NCBI RefSeq assembly: GCF_037042905.1
Contig: NC_087261.1
Location: 24,986,001 to 25,050,000 of the forward strand
Length of the DNA stretch: 64,000 nt
Direction of reading: 5' to 3'
Source: Lytechinus pictus
Lineage: Eukaryota
This document shows positions 60,726-64,000 of this stretch, in pieces. Positions within the stretch are counted from its first letter, which is position 1. Every line of letters starts with the position of its first letter. The notes beneath the pieces are model-generated. The model saw only the letters and a program-made list of their open reading frames with translations. It did no database searches and was not told the DNA's origin. The translations under genes were made by a program, and so were the position numbers.

Positions 60726-63202
60726 AACTTTGCTGTATTGCGAAAGCTGAAACAGGCCTATGCGGCTAAGAATTAAGTTAAGTTGTAAGTAAAAAATTGC
60801 TGTCATTACGACGAAGCATTGGAATTGGTCAGAGGTTCCCAGAATGTTCAAAACATTCCTTTAAAGTATACATGTATTCTTCATTTCATTATGAAAATAA
60901 TTTCATAACTCAGAGTGAACTGGAAATTTGTACAATCGCTTTTATACAGTATTATTCTTTAAACCATAACGTATTATTGAATTCGAAGTGTTTTAAAATT
61001 GTTGGTAATGTACCATGACTTGGGTTGATTTAGCAAAACTTTGGAAAAAATTTTGAAGGATCTTAATGTATTCACATATTGAATTAAAATCATTATGTTG
61101 GCATATGCTTACGCCAGTTGTAACGTTTGGCTGAATGCAAAACAATGTCGATGGTTTACAGGTTTTTCCCTAAGCAGAGGCAAACGGTTTTTTATTAAAG
61201 TTTGTGCAAAAGAAATGCACGCAATCCCATAAAAATAATGTTCTGAAAATATTTTTCTGTTCATGTACCCAAAAGTAAGCACGAGGTTATGCGCAAGTAC
61301 ATAAAAGGGAAAACAACAGACGATTCAGATAGGTGTTGAGACATTTAATAAATCATACTGGCGATGCTTATTCCAAAATGTCGACATCAAACGCGAATCA
61401 GAAGATAGTGAATACTGAAGCTGACAGTAAAAAAATAAAAGGTGTCGATATTTTAGAGGTTGCTCGAAAATGTGTTTCAGAGCATACATGTACGTTCTTC
61501 TTACTGATCATGTTAGACTTTAAGAAAGATCGTGTGGTATTGATGGGAAGCAAAGAAAGTATTACTAAAAATGAGGACAGCATGTGATCCTGTCTCCATC
61601 AACATATCTCCCACGATATATTGAGTCAAGTCCAAACTGTCGCTCAAGACAAAGCGAACACTTATATTCACGAAGCAAAGCATTTTCATAAGTAGCTTAT
61701 ATTTACTTTTTGCTTCCAACTCACCTCAAGCGAGCATTTGATTTTGGTTTCAACAATAAGAACCATGTTGGTGTGAACATTGTAAGAGAAATGCAATTAA
61801 TCTAATCATAGATGGGGCATTTATATCAAACAAATATATCATATTTCAAGCAAAAGGTTATCAAACACCGGTGGCTAAAAGGGTTTCATTTGCAACTTCT
61901 TATGAGTACAGCGCAATGTTCACTGGTCCATTGTTAAAAGGGACAATCATCAATTTAATGGTCTTTTTGACAATTAGTGTGATTGTTCAGATGGCATAAT
62001 GTTTCTTTAATTAGACCCCCTAGGATTTTTTTTGTGCAACTCGAACACCGTCCATAGAAGATAATTTCATCATCAAGTGGCTTGTTGCCATGGATGGGAG
62101 TCAAGTTGATGAATCCTACGGGCGGGTGCCTCTCGGGAAACGTTTAATGAAGAAAATAGTCATGGATTTTCACTTAATAATCTGCTCTGAGCCAATCAGA
62201 TACACAGATTAAAGTAGCTTATAACAGTTTTCTGTGCACATGATTGACTCTTTCATCTGTTCCATGAAGTACTCTCTATGCCTATTATGTGCTATGATAT
62301 ACACCAGTATTGATTTATTGATTGTTAGAGCAGAGATTCTGTTACTGAGGTCCACGGATTGAATGGAATGACTGGACAATAAGATGAAGATGTGATTATG
62401 AAAGGGCATCGCTTTTGCTACCTTTACACCAACGACCAATGGGAGCACTTTCTCATTGGAAATAACGTTATAGCTTATCATTCAGTTTCGTTAGTGTGAG
62501 TGATCTGTTATTGCGAATGGTCGATACAATTACTTAAATAAAAAGGAATCCACGAAGTAATGACTGTTTTATTTCTAACAAAACTGCTACGATCTTTTTA
62601 TTTCAAAATTTGTAGTAAAAAAAAAATCTTATTTCTATACCTACGGGGATTCCAAATTTTACAAGAAGGTAATGTGATTTAGGTACTGGCAATCACTTTA
62701 TTTCTGCAAATAAATAGAATGACTAAACTGTCATCTATTTAAACACTTAAAATGTTCATTGTGTTGGGTAATGTATGTTGGTAAATATATATTCATATAT
62801 TCTGGGCAATTATTATCCGATCGAGCAAATTCATTACCCAATTATTAGTTTTTATATCCCAAGTCGGGCAGATTTTAACCAATATTTGTGTGGGCAGTAT
62901 GTTGCCCAGGGTTGGTTAATAGTTGGACATTTTTTTCAGTGCACATAAGCTTCTCTTAAGGTTGTATATTAAAATCGACCTCGTTTATTCCCCAGAACAC
63001 GTTAATCTGACTGAGCTGTCCATACTTTAACATAGGGGAAAGAAAAGGAAGGCTTCGATGAGCCAAATCTATGCCTGTGGCAATATGGCGTTCTACCTCT
63101 TTGGGCAGTCAGAGATATTCGGATACCATGTAAGTAATACCATGACTATACGATGGACGATAAACGATGAAAAGGAACATGGTTTTACCTCCCCCCCCCC
63201 CC

Positions 63203-63204
<2 letters not shown>

Positions 63205-63252
<48 letters not shown>

Positions 63253-63255
63253 TCT
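63205..63255. repeat. (CT)n microsatellite
   Basis: Directly visible. Confidence 0.95.
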
Positions 63256-64000
63256 GTATTTTCAATATTTTACTCTCACTATCTCTAAATTCACTCTTTG
63301 TCACGATTGTCGTTTCGGCGCTAGCGGTTTGTTTACGCTAGCAATTATAATGGAAGAAGAAAAATACAGCTTGGCATCCAAAATCTATTGATTAAAATCT
63401 CGGCATTCAACGGCCAACTACACTTTAAATCATCCATAGGACCTTCGTATCTTGTCATCGCTTGTGCTTAGTCGAGCGGTCCATGGATCACTTCATGTCG
63501 TGGGCGCCAGCGAACGAAAAATGCGGAGAACCGTCATCCGCGTTCTCTTTCTCGGTTTCCATGGTTATGTCGAAGAGCTCTTTGGAGCATGTGGAGATGG
63601 GAAATTTCGAGATCGACAAGTGGGTATCTACTCGTTGTTGTCAAGGAGGATGCTGGAGGCGTAATGATGACAACATTATTCTTGTTTTATGGGATTCGGT
63701 TATGTTGCATGGCATTTCCCCCTTGCCTTTGGATTCGATCCTTTTCCTTTATACCATTTATTTTTGTGATTAGTTTGCGTTGACAATTAGTCATACGGTA
63801 TAAAGCAAGGCACCCAAAGCAAAAACAATACTTTACCTTCGAATAAACGTAATGCAATATTTCTTAAATACATCCCTGTGCAGATTTATTTTGCAAGGTA
63901 GTATACGAAACGTATTTCTGTCATCGATTTTCAATAAAGCCTCATTCTTAAATACACAAACATCTTTACTTAATATCACCACAATCGAACTCCTATATAA

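Overview
AT-rich, intron-containing eukaryotic DNA. The gene and repeat content suggests an invertebrate deuterostome, probably a sea urchin (inference). Three host genes are supported. (A) A minus-strand SRCR (scavenger receptor cysteine-rich) gene with a signal-peptide exon at 2427-2361 and three one-domain exons; it runs off the left edge. (B) A complete, divergently oriented plus-strand type I membrane receptor at 19625-38047, about 760 aa: signal peptide, 5 SRCR exons, S/T stalk, TM, and a cytoplasmic tail carrying ITIM-like, YxxP, SH3- and PDZ-ligand motifs. (C) A neurensin-family gene with a single coding exon at 59883-60725. The remainder is heavily nested mobile DNA: two Penelope-like retroelements carrying minimal hammerhead ribozymes, a ~4 kb hAT-like non-autonomous element with a ~113-bp array of GCGAAGC mini-hairpins, foldback elements with 15-bp subrepeats, a palindromic TTAA-flanked (Kolobok-like) element, Tc1/mariner-, Harbinger- and CACTA-like MITEs, tRNA-derived SINEs and LINE fragments. 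The region upstream of gene B is tandemly duplicated, with homology ending 11 nt before the ATG. A decayed second copy of gene B's cytoplasmic-tail exon appears to lie downstream of the gene. There are two assembly gaps. All coordinates and alignments were made by eye.
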